Source: Planctomycetaceae bacterium (GTDB lineage: Bacteria; Planctomycetota; Planctomycetia; Pirellulales; PALSA-1355). Taken from it: DNA of 64,000 nt. This document shows, in pieces, positions 31,169-41,146 of the stretch (position 1 is the first letter of the stretch; every line of letters begins with the position of its first letter). The stretch lies in contig PLYM01000194.1 in NCBI GenBank assembly GCA_003153375.1, positions 20,879-84,878 on the forward strand. Reading direction: 5' to 3'. The translations under genes and the position numbers were made by a program. Below the pieces are notes generated by a model, which saw only the letters and a list, made by a program, of their open reading frames with translations, was not told the origin of the DNA and made no database searches.

Positions 31169-31860
31169 CGCGACCCAACATCGTCCTGGCCCTGACCGGA
31201 GCCAGCGGAGCCATTTATGGCGTCCGCCTGCTGCACGTGTTGCTGGCCGCCGATCAGCACGTACACCTGTCAATCAGCCCGTCGGCTCAACTCGTGCTCA
31301 AGCACGAGCTGGGGTTGAGCGTCGACCTGGAGACCTTTCGGCCCGAGAGCCTGCTGTGCGGCGACGAATCGCCCGGCGGCGGATCGCTGAGCGAAGCGAT
31401 GGCCGAAGTGCTCGAGCGCGGCCAGTCGGAGCGTGAAGGAGCAGACCGGGGCCAGCTCACCTACCACCACTACAAGAACCTGATGGCGTCGATCGCCAGC
31501 GGCTCGTTTCTGACCGCGGGTATGGTGATTTGCCCCTGCTCGGGCACCACGTTGGGGGCGGTCGTACACGGCACCGGCGAAAACCTGATCCATCGCGCCG
31601 CCGGCGTCCACCTGAAGGAACGCCGCAAATTGATCCTCGTGCCGCGTGAAACACCGCTGTCGCTCGTCCAGCTCGACAACATGCGACGCGCCGTCGAAGC
31701 CGGCGCCATCCTGCTGCCCGCCATGCCCGGCTTTTATCACAGCGTCCGATCCATCGCCGACCTCGTCGATTTCGTCGTCGCTAGAATCTGCGACCAGTTA
31801 GGAATTGAACACCGATTGATTCACCGCTGGGGAAGCGGGGAATCAGGGGCTAGGGAATAG
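31165..31860 (+). CDS. ubiX: flavin prenyltransferase UbiX (with an insertion of about 40 aa)
   Basis: 'IVLALTGASGAIYGVRLL', '...ICPCSGTTLGAVVHG', '...RRKLILVPRETPLS'. There is a 4-nt overlap with ubiE. Confidence 0.9.
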   Translation: MTRPNIVLALTGASGAIYGVRLLHVLLAADQHVHLSISPSAQLVLKHELGLSVDLETFRPESLLCGDESPGGGSLSEAMAEVLERGQSEREGADRGQLTYHHYKNLMASIASGSFLTAGMVICPCSGTTLGAVVHGTGENLIHRAAGVHLKERRKLILVPRETPLSLVQLDNMRRAVEAGAILLPAMPGFYHSVRSIADLVDFVVARICDQLGIEHRLIHRWGSGESGARE

Positions 31861-31955
31861 GGATTGGGGTTTAGACGAAGATCGCGCGTTTGCCACCACC
31901 GACCTCGGGCCGCTCATCCTTGAACCCCAACCCCTAACCCCCGACACCTAATCCC
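31838..31955. repeat. low-complexity G/C-run inverted repeat between ubiX and the ubiA-like gene
   Basis: agggattggggtt (31859-31871) pairs with aaccccaacccct (31923-31935) with one mismatch. Confidence 0.45.
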
Positions 31956-31963
31956 TTTTTCCT

Positions 31964-32878
31964 ATGCTCCGCTCCCTCCGCAACATTCTGGAGATGATTC
32001 GCTTCAGCCACACGCTGTTCGCGCTGCCGTTTGCGCTGCTGGCGGCGGTGATGGCTTGGGTGGCGGGGGCGAGGACTGAGCCGGAGGTGGCGTTTCGGGG
32101 GCGCGATCTGCTGGGCATCGTGCTCTGCATGGTGTTGGCGCGCAGCGCGGCGATGGCCTTTAATCGGGTTGCCGATTGGCGGCTGGATGCGGCCAATCCG
32201 CGCACGAGAATGCGGCACATACCCTCCGGCACGTTGAGCCTGGGCAGCGTGGCGACGTTCGCCGTGGTCTGCTCGATCGGCTTCGTGCTCGCGACCTTGG
32301 TGTTTCTGCCCAATCGCTTGCCGTTCTATCTCTCGCTGCCCGTGTTGGCGTTCTTGCTGGGCTATAGCTTCACCAAGCGCTTCACCACGGCGGCCCATTT
32401 CTGGCTCGGCGCGGCGCTGATGCTGGCGCCGATCTCGGCCTGGATCGCCATTCGCGGTCAGGTCGTGCTCGCCGACCCGGCCGACTTGCTGCCCGCGATC
32501 GTGCTGGGCGGCGCCGTGCTGTTGTGGGTCGCCGGTTTCGATATCATCTATGCCTGCCAGGACGTCGAATTCGACGTCGCCGCCGGCCTGCACAGCGTGC
32601 CCAGCCGCCTCGGCGTTGCGCGGTCACTTCGTTTGGCCGCGCTCTGCCACCTGGGCATGGTCATCCTGCTGGCCGCCCTGCCCCTGGTCTATCCGCTCCT
32701 GGGCTGGATCTACCTGGCCGGCATCGCCGCCGTGGCCCTGCTGCTGATCTACGAGCACCGCCTTGTCCGCCCCGACGATCTGACCCGCGTCAACGAAGCC
32801 TTCTTTCAAGTCAACGCCGTGGTCAGCATCGGCCTGTTCCTGCTGGGCAGCTTGGATTTGCTGGCTTCGCGGGGATAA
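31964..32878 (+). CDS. UbiA-family polyprenyltransferase (4-hydroxybenzoate / MqnP-like)
   Basis: Multi-TM protein. It carries 'ARSAAMAFNRVADWRLD', a UbiA Asp-rich motif variant, and 'YACQDVEFD'. Confidence 0.85.
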   Translation: MLRSLRNILEMIRFSHTLFALPFALLAAVMAWVAGARTEPEVAFRGRDLLGIVLCMVLARSAAMAFNRVADWRLDAANPRTRMRHIPSGTLSLGSVATFAVVCSIGFVLATLVFLPNRLPFYLSLPVLAFLLGYSFTKRFTTAAHFWLGAALMLAPISAWIAIRGQVVLADPADLLPAIVLGGAVLLWVAGFDIIYACQDVEFDVAAGLHSVPSRLGVARSLRLAALCHLGMVILLAALPLVYPLLGWIYLAGIAAVALLLIYEHRLVRPDDLTRVNEAFFQVNAVVSIGLFLLGSLDLLASRG

Positions 32879-33105
32879 GAATCCCTAGCGGGCAGTCTCT
32901 CACTTCTCGCCCAAAAAGTCGCAATCCGGCCCGCGATTCTGGAAGTCCTCGTCAGCCGTGCTATAAGGTGGAGGACACAAGCCGGGCAGGGTAAGTCTTG
33001 GACTGATGGTTCCTCGCAACCATTGTCAGACCAAGGCCTGACCGACGTGGCTGCGGCGCGGTGCGAGATGTCCAACGATCGCAACCCTTACCAGGAGAAC
33101 TTTCG

Positions 33106-34113
33106 ATGATCTCGATTTTCAAGAAATCGGGCGCGGCCTGTTTGTGTGCCGCCACCTGGACCATGGCCATGTTCATGTCCGGCGATGTGCTGGGAGCGGA
33201 CCGACCGAAAACGCTGACCGAGGTCGAGGCGCTGGTCACGGAGCTTTCGAATTGGGGCCGCTGGGGCAAGGACGACCAGCTCGGGGCGCTCAACCTGATT
33301 ACGCCTGAGAAGCGTAAGCAGGCGGCGGCCTTGGTGCGCGAAGGCAAGAGCGTGTCGCTGGCCCGAATCGTGGAAAAGCAGTCGGCCGCCGACAATCCGG
33401 ATCCGTTCGAGCAAACGATGCTGCCCAACGTCGATGGCGGCCAGAGCCAGTGGACCCTTGATCGCTACAGCGTGGCCTACCATGGCTACGCGCACACGCA
33501 CCTCGACGCGCTGTGCCACCTGATCTACCGCGGCAAGATGTACAACGGCTTCTCGCAGAGCGAAATCGGGCCCAAGGGGGCGGCCAAACTGTCGATCCGC
33601 AACGCCCGCGGCGGCGTCTTCACGCGCGGCGTCCTGTTTGACATTCCACGGATGCGCGGCGTCCGCTATTTGGAACCGGCCACGCCCATCTATCCCGAAG
33701 ATCTCGACGCCTGGGAAAAACACGCCGGCCTCAAGGTCGGCCCTGGCGACGTGATCTTCATCCGCACGGGCCGCTGGCAGCGGCGCGCGGTGCTGGGCCC
33801 CTGGGACGCGACCGATCCGGGCATCGCCGGGCTGCACGTCTCCTGCGCCCGCTGGCTCAAGCAGCGCGACGTGGCCATCCTGGGCAGCGACGCCGCCAGC
33901 GACGTGCTCCCTTCGGGCATCCCCGGCATGACCCACCCGGTCCATCTGCTCGCACTGCACGCGATGGGCATGAACATCTTCGACAACTGCGATCTCGACG
34001 AGCTGAGCGAAGTCGCGCAGCAGCACAAACGCTGGGAGTTCCTGCTCACCGCCGCGCCCCTGCCCGTCGACGGTGGCACCGGTTCGCCCCTGAATCCGCT
34101 GGCGACCTACTGA
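33106..34113 (+). CDS. cyclase-family protein (kynurenine formamidase-like), secreted
   Basis: Signal peptide and 'HGYAHTHLDALCH', the HxGTHxDxPxH-type motif. Confidence 0.75.
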   Translation: MISIFKKSGAACLCAATWTMAMFMSGDVLGADRPKTLTEVEALVTELSNWGRWGKDDQLGALNLITPEKRKQAAALVREGKSVSLARIVEKQSAADNPDPFEQTMLPNVDGGQSQWTLDRYSVAYHGYAHTHLDALCHLIYRGKMYNGFSQSEIGPKGAAKLSIRNARGGVFTRGVLFDIPRMRGVRYLEPATPIYPEDLDAWEKHAGLKVGPGDVIFIRTGRWQRRAVLGPWDATDPGIAGLHVSCARWLKQRDVAILGSDAASDVLPSGIPGMTHPVHLLALHAMGMNIFDNCDLDELSEVAQQHKRWEFLLTAAPLPVDGGTGSPLNPLATY

Positions 34114-34146
34114 GCCGGCGTCGTGCCGATACGCACGCTCCCCAAT

Positions 34147-34178
34147 ACTAACCCGACGCGCGAGCGAGGGCTCTTCGT
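34147..34178. repeat. dispersed 32-nt intergenic repeat, copy 2
   Basis: actaacccgacgcgcGagcgagggctcttcgt; compare 3122..3153. Confidence 0.8.
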
Positions 34179-34397
34179 AGTCTTCGTTGCCTCCCTCCTC
34201 GTCCCCGCTCAGCCCACGCGTGTCCATATCTGCTTTGCCTGACTTGCCAAAATGCCGGGCCCCACTTCGGGGCGGCGTTCCGACAGCGATGGTCGTATTT
34301 CATTATTCTTGAATGACTTACGGCATCTGAAACCAACTGGGATCGCCCTGGGTATATCGTAATGAGAGTACCGTTACTGAACTGGTGGGGACTTCGG

Positions 34398-35081
34398 ATG
34401 ACGGCCCAGCAGAAAACGGAGCCCGAGTCACGGTGGATCAACCCGGCCGTGCAGCTTCGTAGCCGAGATAGCCTCGAGCGGATTCTCGGAGCGACGGCAC
34501 GGTTGTTGGCGACGCGTTCGTTCCGCGACATCAAAGTAACCGAAATCGCTCACGAGGCGGGCGCTTCGCCGACTTCCGTTTATGCCCGCTTTGAGAACAA
34601 ACAGGCGTTGCTCGGTGCCCTCTTCGAGCGCCACGCGATCGCTCAGCGTGAATTCATCGGTCAGCTCCTGGACGCCGATCGCTGGCAAGGCGTGCCGCTG
34701 GCAGTGGCCCTGCGTCAGACGTTTCCCGTGATCGTGGCAGGCTATTGCGCGAAGCAGGGACTGATCCGCGCTTTTCTCGAACAAGCCTCCGAAGACGCTC
34801 GCTTTCGGGAGGACTGGTCGGAAGTGGGCAACTTCATCGCGGGCCGCGTGTCGCAACTCGCCTTGGCCCGCCTGTTCGAAATCGATCATCCCAGTCCCGA
34901 ACGCGGGATTCAGATCGTGCTGGGAATCGCCTTCGCCACGCTGGCCCATCAAATCCAGATGCGTGAAATCGACAAACCGCAGATGGACGAAATCACCGAA
35001 GAACTGATTCGCATGATGCTACGCTATATGGGAATTGCCGATGTCTCCACCATCACGGGTGGAAGTCCTGACGAGAGCTAA
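34398..35081 (+). CDS. TetR/AcrR family transcriptional regulator
   Basis: N-terminal HTH 'FRDIKVTEIAHEAGASPTSVYARFENKQALL'. Confidence 0.85.
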   Translation: MTAQQKTEPESRWINPAVQLRSRDSLERILGATARLLATRSFRDIKVTEIAHEAGASPTSVYARFENKQALLGALFERHAIAQREFIGQLLDADRWQGVPLAVALRQTFPVIVAGYCAKQGLIRAFLEQASEDARFREDWSEVGNFIAGRVSQLALARLFEIDHPSPERGIQIVLGIAFATLAHQIQMREIDKPQMDEITEELIRMMLRYMGIADVSTITGGSPDES

Positions 35082-35120
35082 GGACGTTCATCGAATAACC
35101 GAATAGGGAGGACTCGATCG

Positions 35121-36659
35121 ATGTGGTTGCCGCGCCATGGAATCCGAAGCACGCGTTATGCGATTGCAATCCTGCTCTCTATTACCTCGACGGTTGGATT
35201 GGCCTCGGAGCCGTTGGCCTACTATGGATTCGACGTGCAGGACCATTCGGCGGCCGCCCAGGAGGGATTGCAGGAGATCTTTTGCGGCCGCTGCTTTCAT
35301 AACGCTGTTCCACTCGTCACCGCGCGCATGCTGCTCCGCGCCGTAGCTGGCTCGCCGAAGAAGCTGGGCTACGATCCGGACTCTGCCGACGGGCGATTCT
35401 ATGCGTCTGGTCGATTGCCCTCGCCGCCCAACCGGACTTCGGGCGCCGACCCCAGCTTTGGCTTGGGCGAAAGCGTGTTCGTTCGCGACGGTGCGCAACT
35501 GGTCAACATCAATTGCTTCACGTGCCACGCCGGGGTCGTCAACGGCCAGGTTGTGGCCGGCCTGGCGAACAACCACGTGAATCAGTCCGACCCCAAGAAC
35601 TTGCGGACTCGCGGCGACAACTTCGGGCCCTACGCGGTCTGGCGTCTGGGTGCGCAATTGGCCGACCCGGCAAACGAGGGCATGGTCGTCGCCAAGGAAA
35701 AGACGGAACTCGAAACGTTGTTCGAATCGGTCGAACTTCCACCGGTCGATCCGATGCCCTGGTGGTTGATGAAGTATAAGAAACTGGACTATTGGTACGC
35801 CGACGCCGGCATCCATGACGCCGCCAGCTTCTCGATCAATTTCACCACCGCGCATCCTGAAATGAACGCCCATCACGCCGACCACGTCAAGGTCGTCGCC
35901 AAGGCGCTGGCCTTTGCGCGGGAAACACAGTCTCCCTTGTTTCCCAATTCGCTCGACGGCGAACTGGTTCGAAAAGGAGCCGACTTGTTCCACGGTCGCA
36001 CCCCGCCTGCGGAGACCAGAGGCTTCGTGTCGTGCAAAACCTGCCATGGGACCTATACCAGGAAGGAATCGCAAACCGACCTGAACCAGTCGGGTTCGTG
36101 GGCCGTGGCCTACGATTTCTCGCACGTGCTGAGAAATCTGAAAACGGATGGGTCGTATAACGCAACGCTTCAGAAGCTGAAGCCGATCGCGGACCATATC
36201 AACAAACTGGAAGTCTATTTCACGGCCCAGGGAATACCGGAGCTGATACCGCACGCCGCGGTTCCGAGCCAAGACGGCTATGTCGCCCCGCCCTTGGTGG
36301 GCGTCTGGGCATCGGCGCCCTATTTCCACAATGGTTCCGTTCCCACGATCGAGGCCGTGCTCAACTCAGAGACGCGGCCGGAAATCTGGGCACGCGACAA
36401 TCGCGACCCGCATGCCTACGATCTGGAAAAGGTCGGCATGCGCTATCGATCGTTATCGCGCGCCGAATTCGAGCAGAGCGCCGCCGGCGCGGTGGGCAAA
36501 CCGTTCCTCTCGCGGGCCGCGATCGATCACGGCGCCAACTATGACACCAAGGGATTCGGCCACGGAAACTCGGGCCATACGTTTGGCGATCGACTGAGCG
36601 CGGATGAGCGCCGTGCGGTGATCGAATTCCTGAAGAGTCTGTCAGGGCCGGACATGTAG
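35121..36659 (+). CDS. di-haem cytochrome c (cytochrome c peroxidase/MauG-like)
   Basis: Two CxxCH sites (CFTCH, CKTCH) and a CCP-like 'APYFHNGSVPTIEAVL'. Confidence 0.7.
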   Translation: MWLPRHGIRSTRYAIAILLSITSTVGLASEPLAYYGFDVQDHSAAAQEGLQEIFCGRCFHNAVPLVTARMLLRAVAGSPKKLGYDPDSADGRFYASGRLPSPPNRTSGADPSFGLGESVFVRDGAQLVNINCFTCHAGVVNGQVVAGLANNHVNQSDPKNLRTRGDNFGPYAVWRLGAQLADPANEGMVVAKEKTELETLFESVELPPVDPMPWWLMKYKKLDYWYADAGIHDAASFSINFTTAHPEMNAHHADHVKVVAKALAFARETQSPLFPNSLDGELVRKGADLFHGRTPPAETRGFVSCKTCHGTYTRKESQTDLNQSGSWAVAYDFSHVLRNLKTDGSYNATLQKLKPIADHINKLEVYFTAQGIPELIPHAAVPSQDGYVAPPLVGVWASAPYFHNGSVPTIEAVLNSETRPEIWARDNRDPHAYDLEKVGMRYRSLSRAEFEQSAAGAVGKPFLSRAAIDHGANYDTKGFGHGNSGHTFGDRLSADERRAVIEFLKSLSGPDM

Positions 36660-36715
36660 TGCGGGCGGCTGGTGGCGGCGCATACCCGCCGATCTTCAAA
36701 GCAAGGAGCAACAAC

Positions 36716-37186
36716 GTGTCTGATTCGACACTCCACCGGCGAAAGCTGGACTTCAAGAACTGGCCGGAAGTTCTGGCGGACATCGACCACCTTCGCCGCG
36801 CTGGTTACGATCGCGCGGGGAACTGGGATCTCTCGCAAATCGTCGAGCACATTGGAGAAGGCCCGCGAACGGCCTTGCGGGGCAAGAATCATCGGGCCGG
36901 CTGGATGATTCGCAAATTATTGGGCCCGATCGTGCTGCGACAAATCTTGCGCCAGCGACGCATGAAGGCAGGCATCAAGGTTCCCGAGTGGTGGCTCCCC
37001 GGACCCACTCACGACGAGTCCGCCGCCATCAACGCGTTTCGTGCCGATCTCTCGGCATTTCAGCAAATGACGACCGATCCGTTCCCGCATCCCTTCTTCG
37101 GCACGCTCACGAAACAGCAATGGAATGATCTCGCGCTGATCCATGCCGCCCATCATCTCAGCTTTCTGGTCCCCAGAGATCAGTAA
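36716..37186 (+). CDS. DinB-like / DUF1569 family protein
   Basis: GTG start 7 nt after AAGGAG. C-terminal 'HAAHHLSFL' and a size of about 156 aa. Confidence 0.65.
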   Translation: MSDSTLHRRKLDFKNWPEVLADIDHLRRAGYDRAGNWDLSQIVEHIGEGPRTALRGKNHRAGWMIRKLLGPIVLRQILRQRRMKAGIKVPEWWLPGPTHDESAAINAFRADLSAFQQMTTDPFPHPFFGTLTKQQWNDLALIHAAHHLSFLVPRDQ

Positions 37187-37427
37187 GCGTCGCGTTGGGT
37201 TCGCGGCCTTTAGCGTCCGTGCCTTTCTCAGCCAGGTCGGAAGTAGCTCAGGCGTGCCGTGCTAGCGCCCGAGTCGCATGGGGGCGATAGCAGAATATCA
37301 GCTCTCAGATTGATCTTGCCCGAATTGACGCGCGCGGCTTGAATGGTCCGCTGGATGGGCAAAAGCCGAGGTGCTGACGCTCAAAATTGGCTCCAGCGCT
37401 CCCGCAAACTGGAAAGGTGAACGTGCA

Positions 37428-37952
37428 ATGAGCATTCGATTATCACGCTTGGCGACGGGCATGTTGGTTGTCGCGGCAATGGTACTGATGTCTGGCCGCT
37501 GTTGGGCGATCAGGAATGGGCTGGGTCCCTCGAAAGACGAATGGGGATTGAAGTACGACGTGGCGGTCTCCGACGCGGATGGCGACAAGGTCACCGTCGT
37601 GTTTACGCTCCTCGACGAAGGGAGACTGAAACCCTTCTATTCGATCGACCTGGTTGCTTTCAGTCAGCAGACGGATAATCAGGGCGGTCGCACGTATGAC
37701 GTCATGACGCCCATTGAGTTGAAGACGACCGAAGATGGCAAACGCACCGGCCAGGTTCAGATACGCAAGGAATTCGTCAACCGCGCCAAGATTCGCATCA
37801 TCACCCTGATGGTCGACGGCAAGCGACAACCGTCCGGTGGAGCGTTCTATGACATTCCTATTGGAAAGTTCTTGAACAAAACCCCGGCGGCCGCATCGCC
37901 CCTAGCGCGACAGCCCAATGCGGCGCCGTCCGCATCGAAAGTCACCAAGTAG
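37428..37952 (+). CDS. secreted hypothetical protein
   Basis: Signal peptide MSIRLSRLATGMLVVAAMVLMSGRCWA. No domain recognised. Confidence 0.5.
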   Translation: MSIRLSRLATGMLVVAAMVLMSGRCWAIRNGLGPSKDEWGLKYDVAVSDADGDKVTVVFTLLDEGRLKPFYSIDLVAFSQQTDNQGGRTYDVMTPIELKTTEDGKRTGQVQIRKEFVNRAKIRIITLMVDGKRQPSGGAFYDIPIGKFLNKTPAAASPLARQPNAAPSASKVTK

Positions 37953-38302
37953 CAATCGGCGCATGCCTGGCGTCTTGCCTGTGGCCGCCATGATCGGTCG
38001 GCAGGCGACAGCCGCTTGCGCTGTCGTGGCGACCGTGGGCATTTTGGCGATCGCCGCTACGCCGTTTTATTACGGCCCACAAGCCGGTCCGCGCTTCCCT
38101 TTCCGGAAAGCCGGGACAGGTGTCGCTTGAACATGACGACACGATTGCGTACTGGCCGATCACGCCGGCGTGCGCTCCGCTGATAGGAAATTCAGGACTC
38201 CCTGAAAGGGATTGCACGGTCCATGGATTGGAAGGTCGATTGAACTTCTGGCTTGCCGAGCGCGCCAAAGTCCTGATCAGGGGTCGCCCGGCCAATGCCC
38301 CG

Positions 38303-38527
38303 CGACCCGCTCGTCACCCAAACCGTCCGATTCTCAAAGTCCGCTTCGCTCGTCAATTCCTCGCCCGCTCGAACGGTTACCTGTCGACTGCTCGCCGCAG
38401 GATTCGCCAAGACCAGGATTGCACCGGCGGTTCACGTCGTTCGAGAGACGATCGTGCCTCCGATTTCCCACAGCGTGGCTTGTGGCGCGAGATTCCGTCA
38501 AGCCAGCGGTAGGCGCGAGTGCTTAGC
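38303..38527 (+). repeat. diverged direct repeat 'X', copy 1
   Basis: The core 38321..38450 aligns with 45748..45880 at roughly 75-80% identity by eye. Both copies end in 'gtgcttagc'. Confidence 0.6.
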
Positions 38528-38746
38528 TCGCTGCGATCCAGTATCGGTGCGTCGGTTTGTCGGACCGACGCGGGTCAGATTGCGGACCGGACAGTCTTCC
38601 CTGCTTACTCGCGTTCAACGAATGTTCGACCGCTTGATCGATGAGATTGATTAATAGCTACCGACTTTCGCAGAGTCCCTGGTGGCGGACTTAAGATTTC
38701 GCGACTGAAGCGGACGACGCAAGCTGACGTTGGCACGCCGGGTCAG

Positions 38747-39022
38747 CCGCGGTATCAGCGATGGCTTGCCAGGCCGGTGCGAACCGGGCTGCCCGACTCA
38801 AACGAATCAGGGCGCTACGCGATGATGGGGATGGCCCTGCAACAACCCGGCTGTGGAAATGTCCCAGGTTTGAATGCCCAGCACCCGCGCGGGTGACTCG
38901 GGCCGCAGGCGGAGGTCGCCGTGTTCGACGTCGACGAACAGGGGATCGGCGGAGAGGCTGTGAAGCTCGACGCCGTAGCGTTTCTGCTGGTCGATGTGCC
39001 GCTGGCCCCATTGGGGATCGGC
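38747..39022 (-). repeat. 276-bp inverted repeat, copy 1 (3' end of the beta-helix gene plus about 60 nt downstream)
   Basis: Its reverse complement matches 45438..45713 at roughly 90% identity by eye. The encoded peptides are nearly identical. Confidence 0.85.
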
Positions 39023-41146
39023 GGGGCACCAAAACAAGTTGTAGTCGGTCTGGGTGTCTTTCAGGCGGTCGCCGGCGCCGGTGGCAAGGCTCTTGTGCTC
39101 GACGATGGGCCAATAGTCGGCACGCGGCGACCAGACGATGTTGCGCAGGATCTGGGCGCCTTCGATGGGCCAGGTGGGATTGGGTATCGAGATGTAGCCA
39201 TGGACGATGTTGGGTTTGGTGATTGGCCGGCGACTGGGGATCAGGTCGACGATGATGTTGTTGACGACGTGGTTGGCTTCGGTCATCGAGATGCCGGTTT
39301 GGGCGCTGCGGATCTTGTACAACACGTTGCCGTCGATGAGGGTCTCGTACTGGTCGTTGTCGCAGCGGATGCCCGAGGCCACGCCGTCGCCATCGAGATG
39401 GTGAATATAGTTCTGGTAGATACGATTCTCTTTGCCGGTGCCCGAAATATAGATTCCGTTGCCGTCGCCCATGGTTTGCATCACGTCGTGGATGTCGTTA
39501 TGGGCCACGAAGTTCTTGCGGCCGTGCATATACCGTTCGCGGGCCTGCCACCATTCGCGGTGTACCCGGTTCGACCCGCTGGCCGCGCTGGGCAGCGCGT
39601 TGTAGGCCGGCAAGTCGACTTCCCGCGCGCGGAAGGTTTCGTCGGCCTCGCTCGTCCAGCCCGTTCGGCCGCTGACGGTGATGCCTGAGTAGGGCATGTC
39701 GTGGACCAGATTGTGAGTCACCTGGTTTTCGCCGCTTTGCCAGACCATGATTGCGGGCGAGGCCCAGTAAATCTCTCCCACGTGATGCACCCAGTTGTTC
39801 GACACGACGTTGCGTTTGCTCTCGTCTTTCGTGCCGGGGCCGTAGCCGGCGACCAGGATGCCGACGCCTCCGACATGAGCGACCTCGTTGTCGATGACGC
39901 GGTTGTCCAAGCAGGTGAGATCCAGGCGCAGGCCCGTTCCGCTCGTGTCGACGAACCGGCAGGCCTCGACCGTGCATCCCCGGGCGCCCCGCAGACGCAC
40001 CAGCGCGCTCGGCCGATCAAAATGTTCCCACTTGTGCTGGAGTTCTCCGGGCGTGGCGCCATGCCACGGCAATCGCTGGCCGCCGGTGAGAGTGAGCCCA
40101 CGAAACACGAGACCCGTTACGGGCTTGTCGACGGGCCCGTCGTAGTCGATGTTGCCTTCGACGCGCAGCAACTCGGTGAGCAGCGGCACGTTGATGGCGC
40201 CGGAGGGCGCTTCGCGAGGCGGCCAGAGATACAGCTTCCGATCGGTGGCGCCAAAGACCCACTCTCCCGGCTCGTCGAGCACTTCCAGGATGTTTTCCAC
40301 CCAGGCGGTTTCGCTCAGGAATTTCACCCGGCCCATGGTGCGGGAGGCCGGAACCGCTGTCTTGGCCAGACCGGCCTGCTCATCCACTGAGGCCAGAGGC
40401 AACAGGCACATTTCATAGTCGCAGGACGGAATCACGCGGAGCTCCGCATTGCCGAGGTCGGGCCAGTTCTTCATGGCGCCCGAGGGGAAGGCGATTTGGT
40501 CGTGCGGGGTCTTCGCATCGGCGAACGCCACGGGCGTAAAGGGCTTGGACCAGGCCCGCCGCAGACGATTGCGCCCATCGTACAACGTCAGGACGTTCGA
40601 CAAACTCGCGGGAACATCCGCGGTCCACACCGAGTCGCGGGCGTTCTCGGGCAGTAGCGGGGAGGGATGCTGGGGCTTAGTCCAGCCAACGATCGGAACG
40701 GCCGACGTAAAGACTGGGGTCTCGTCGCCGTAGGCAGCATAGGTGATCGTGCCGCTAACAGGCGCCGAATCCTCTAGCGAAAAAACCACGGCCTCCTGGA
40801 GCCGGTACTCACCACCGCGAATCAGCACCAGGATTTCCTGCCGGTCGCCGTGCCGTTTGAACTCCCGAACCGCATCTCGAGCTCGGGCGAGCGTCGCGAA
40901 GGGACCATCGGTGCTCGCAGGATTGGGCTGTTGCAATTTTCCCGACCACCCATCAGATCCATTCACCGCGACAAAGAAGTCCGCGGTGGTTTGCCCCTTC
41001 TCGCCCGAACCGCGAGCGAGGGCGTCGGTTGGCAATCCGGCCAGCAATAGGCCACAGGCCACCAGGGCAAAAAGAAACTGACCCAAGGAACGACGCGAAT
41101 CGTTTTCTGGCCGCCGGGTCTGATGGAGTATGGCGATCTGGGACAT
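38807..41146 (-). CDS. right-handed parallel beta-helix repeat protein (pectate-lyase-fold), secreted
   Basis: 779 aa with a signal/TM segment. Ends in '...ADPLFVDVEHGDLRLRPESPA', typical of this family. Confidence 0.8.
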   Translation of the reverse strand: MSQIAILHQTRRPENDSRRSLGQFLFALVACGLLLAGLPTDALARGSGEKGQTTADFFVAVNGSDGWSGKLQQPNPASTDGPFATLARARDAVREFKRHGDRQEILVLIRGGEYRLQEAVVFSLEDSAPVSGTITYAAYGDETPVFTSAVPIVGWTKPQHPSPLLPENARDSVWTADVPASLSNVLTLYDGRNRLRRAWSKPFTPVAFADAKTPHDQIAFPSGAMKNWPDLGNAELRVIPSCDYEMCLLPLASVDEQAGLAKTAVPASRTMGRVKFLSETAWVENILEVLDEPGEWVFGATDRKLYLWPPREAPSGAINVPLLTELLRVEGNIDYDGPVDKPVTGLVFRGLTLTGGQRLPWHGATPGELQHKWEHFDRPSALVRLRGARGCTVEACRFVDTSGTGLRLDLTCLDNRVIDNEVAHVGGVGILVAGYGPGTKDESKRNVVSNNWVHHVGEIYWASPAIMVWQSGENQVTHNLVHDMPYSGITVSGRTGWTSEADETFRAREVDLPAYNALPSAASGSNRVHREWWQARERYMHGRKNFVAHNDIHDVMQTMGDGNGIYISGTGKENRIYQNYIHHLDGDGVASGIRCDNDQYETLIDGNVLYKIRSAQTGISMTEANHVVNNIIVDLIPSRRPITKPNIVHGYISIPNPTWPIEGAQILRNIVWSPRADYWPIVEHKSLATGAGDRLKDTQTDYNLFWCPADPQWGQRHIDQQKRYGVELHSLSADPLFVDVEHGDLRLRPESPARVLGIQTWDISTAGLLQGHPHHRVAP

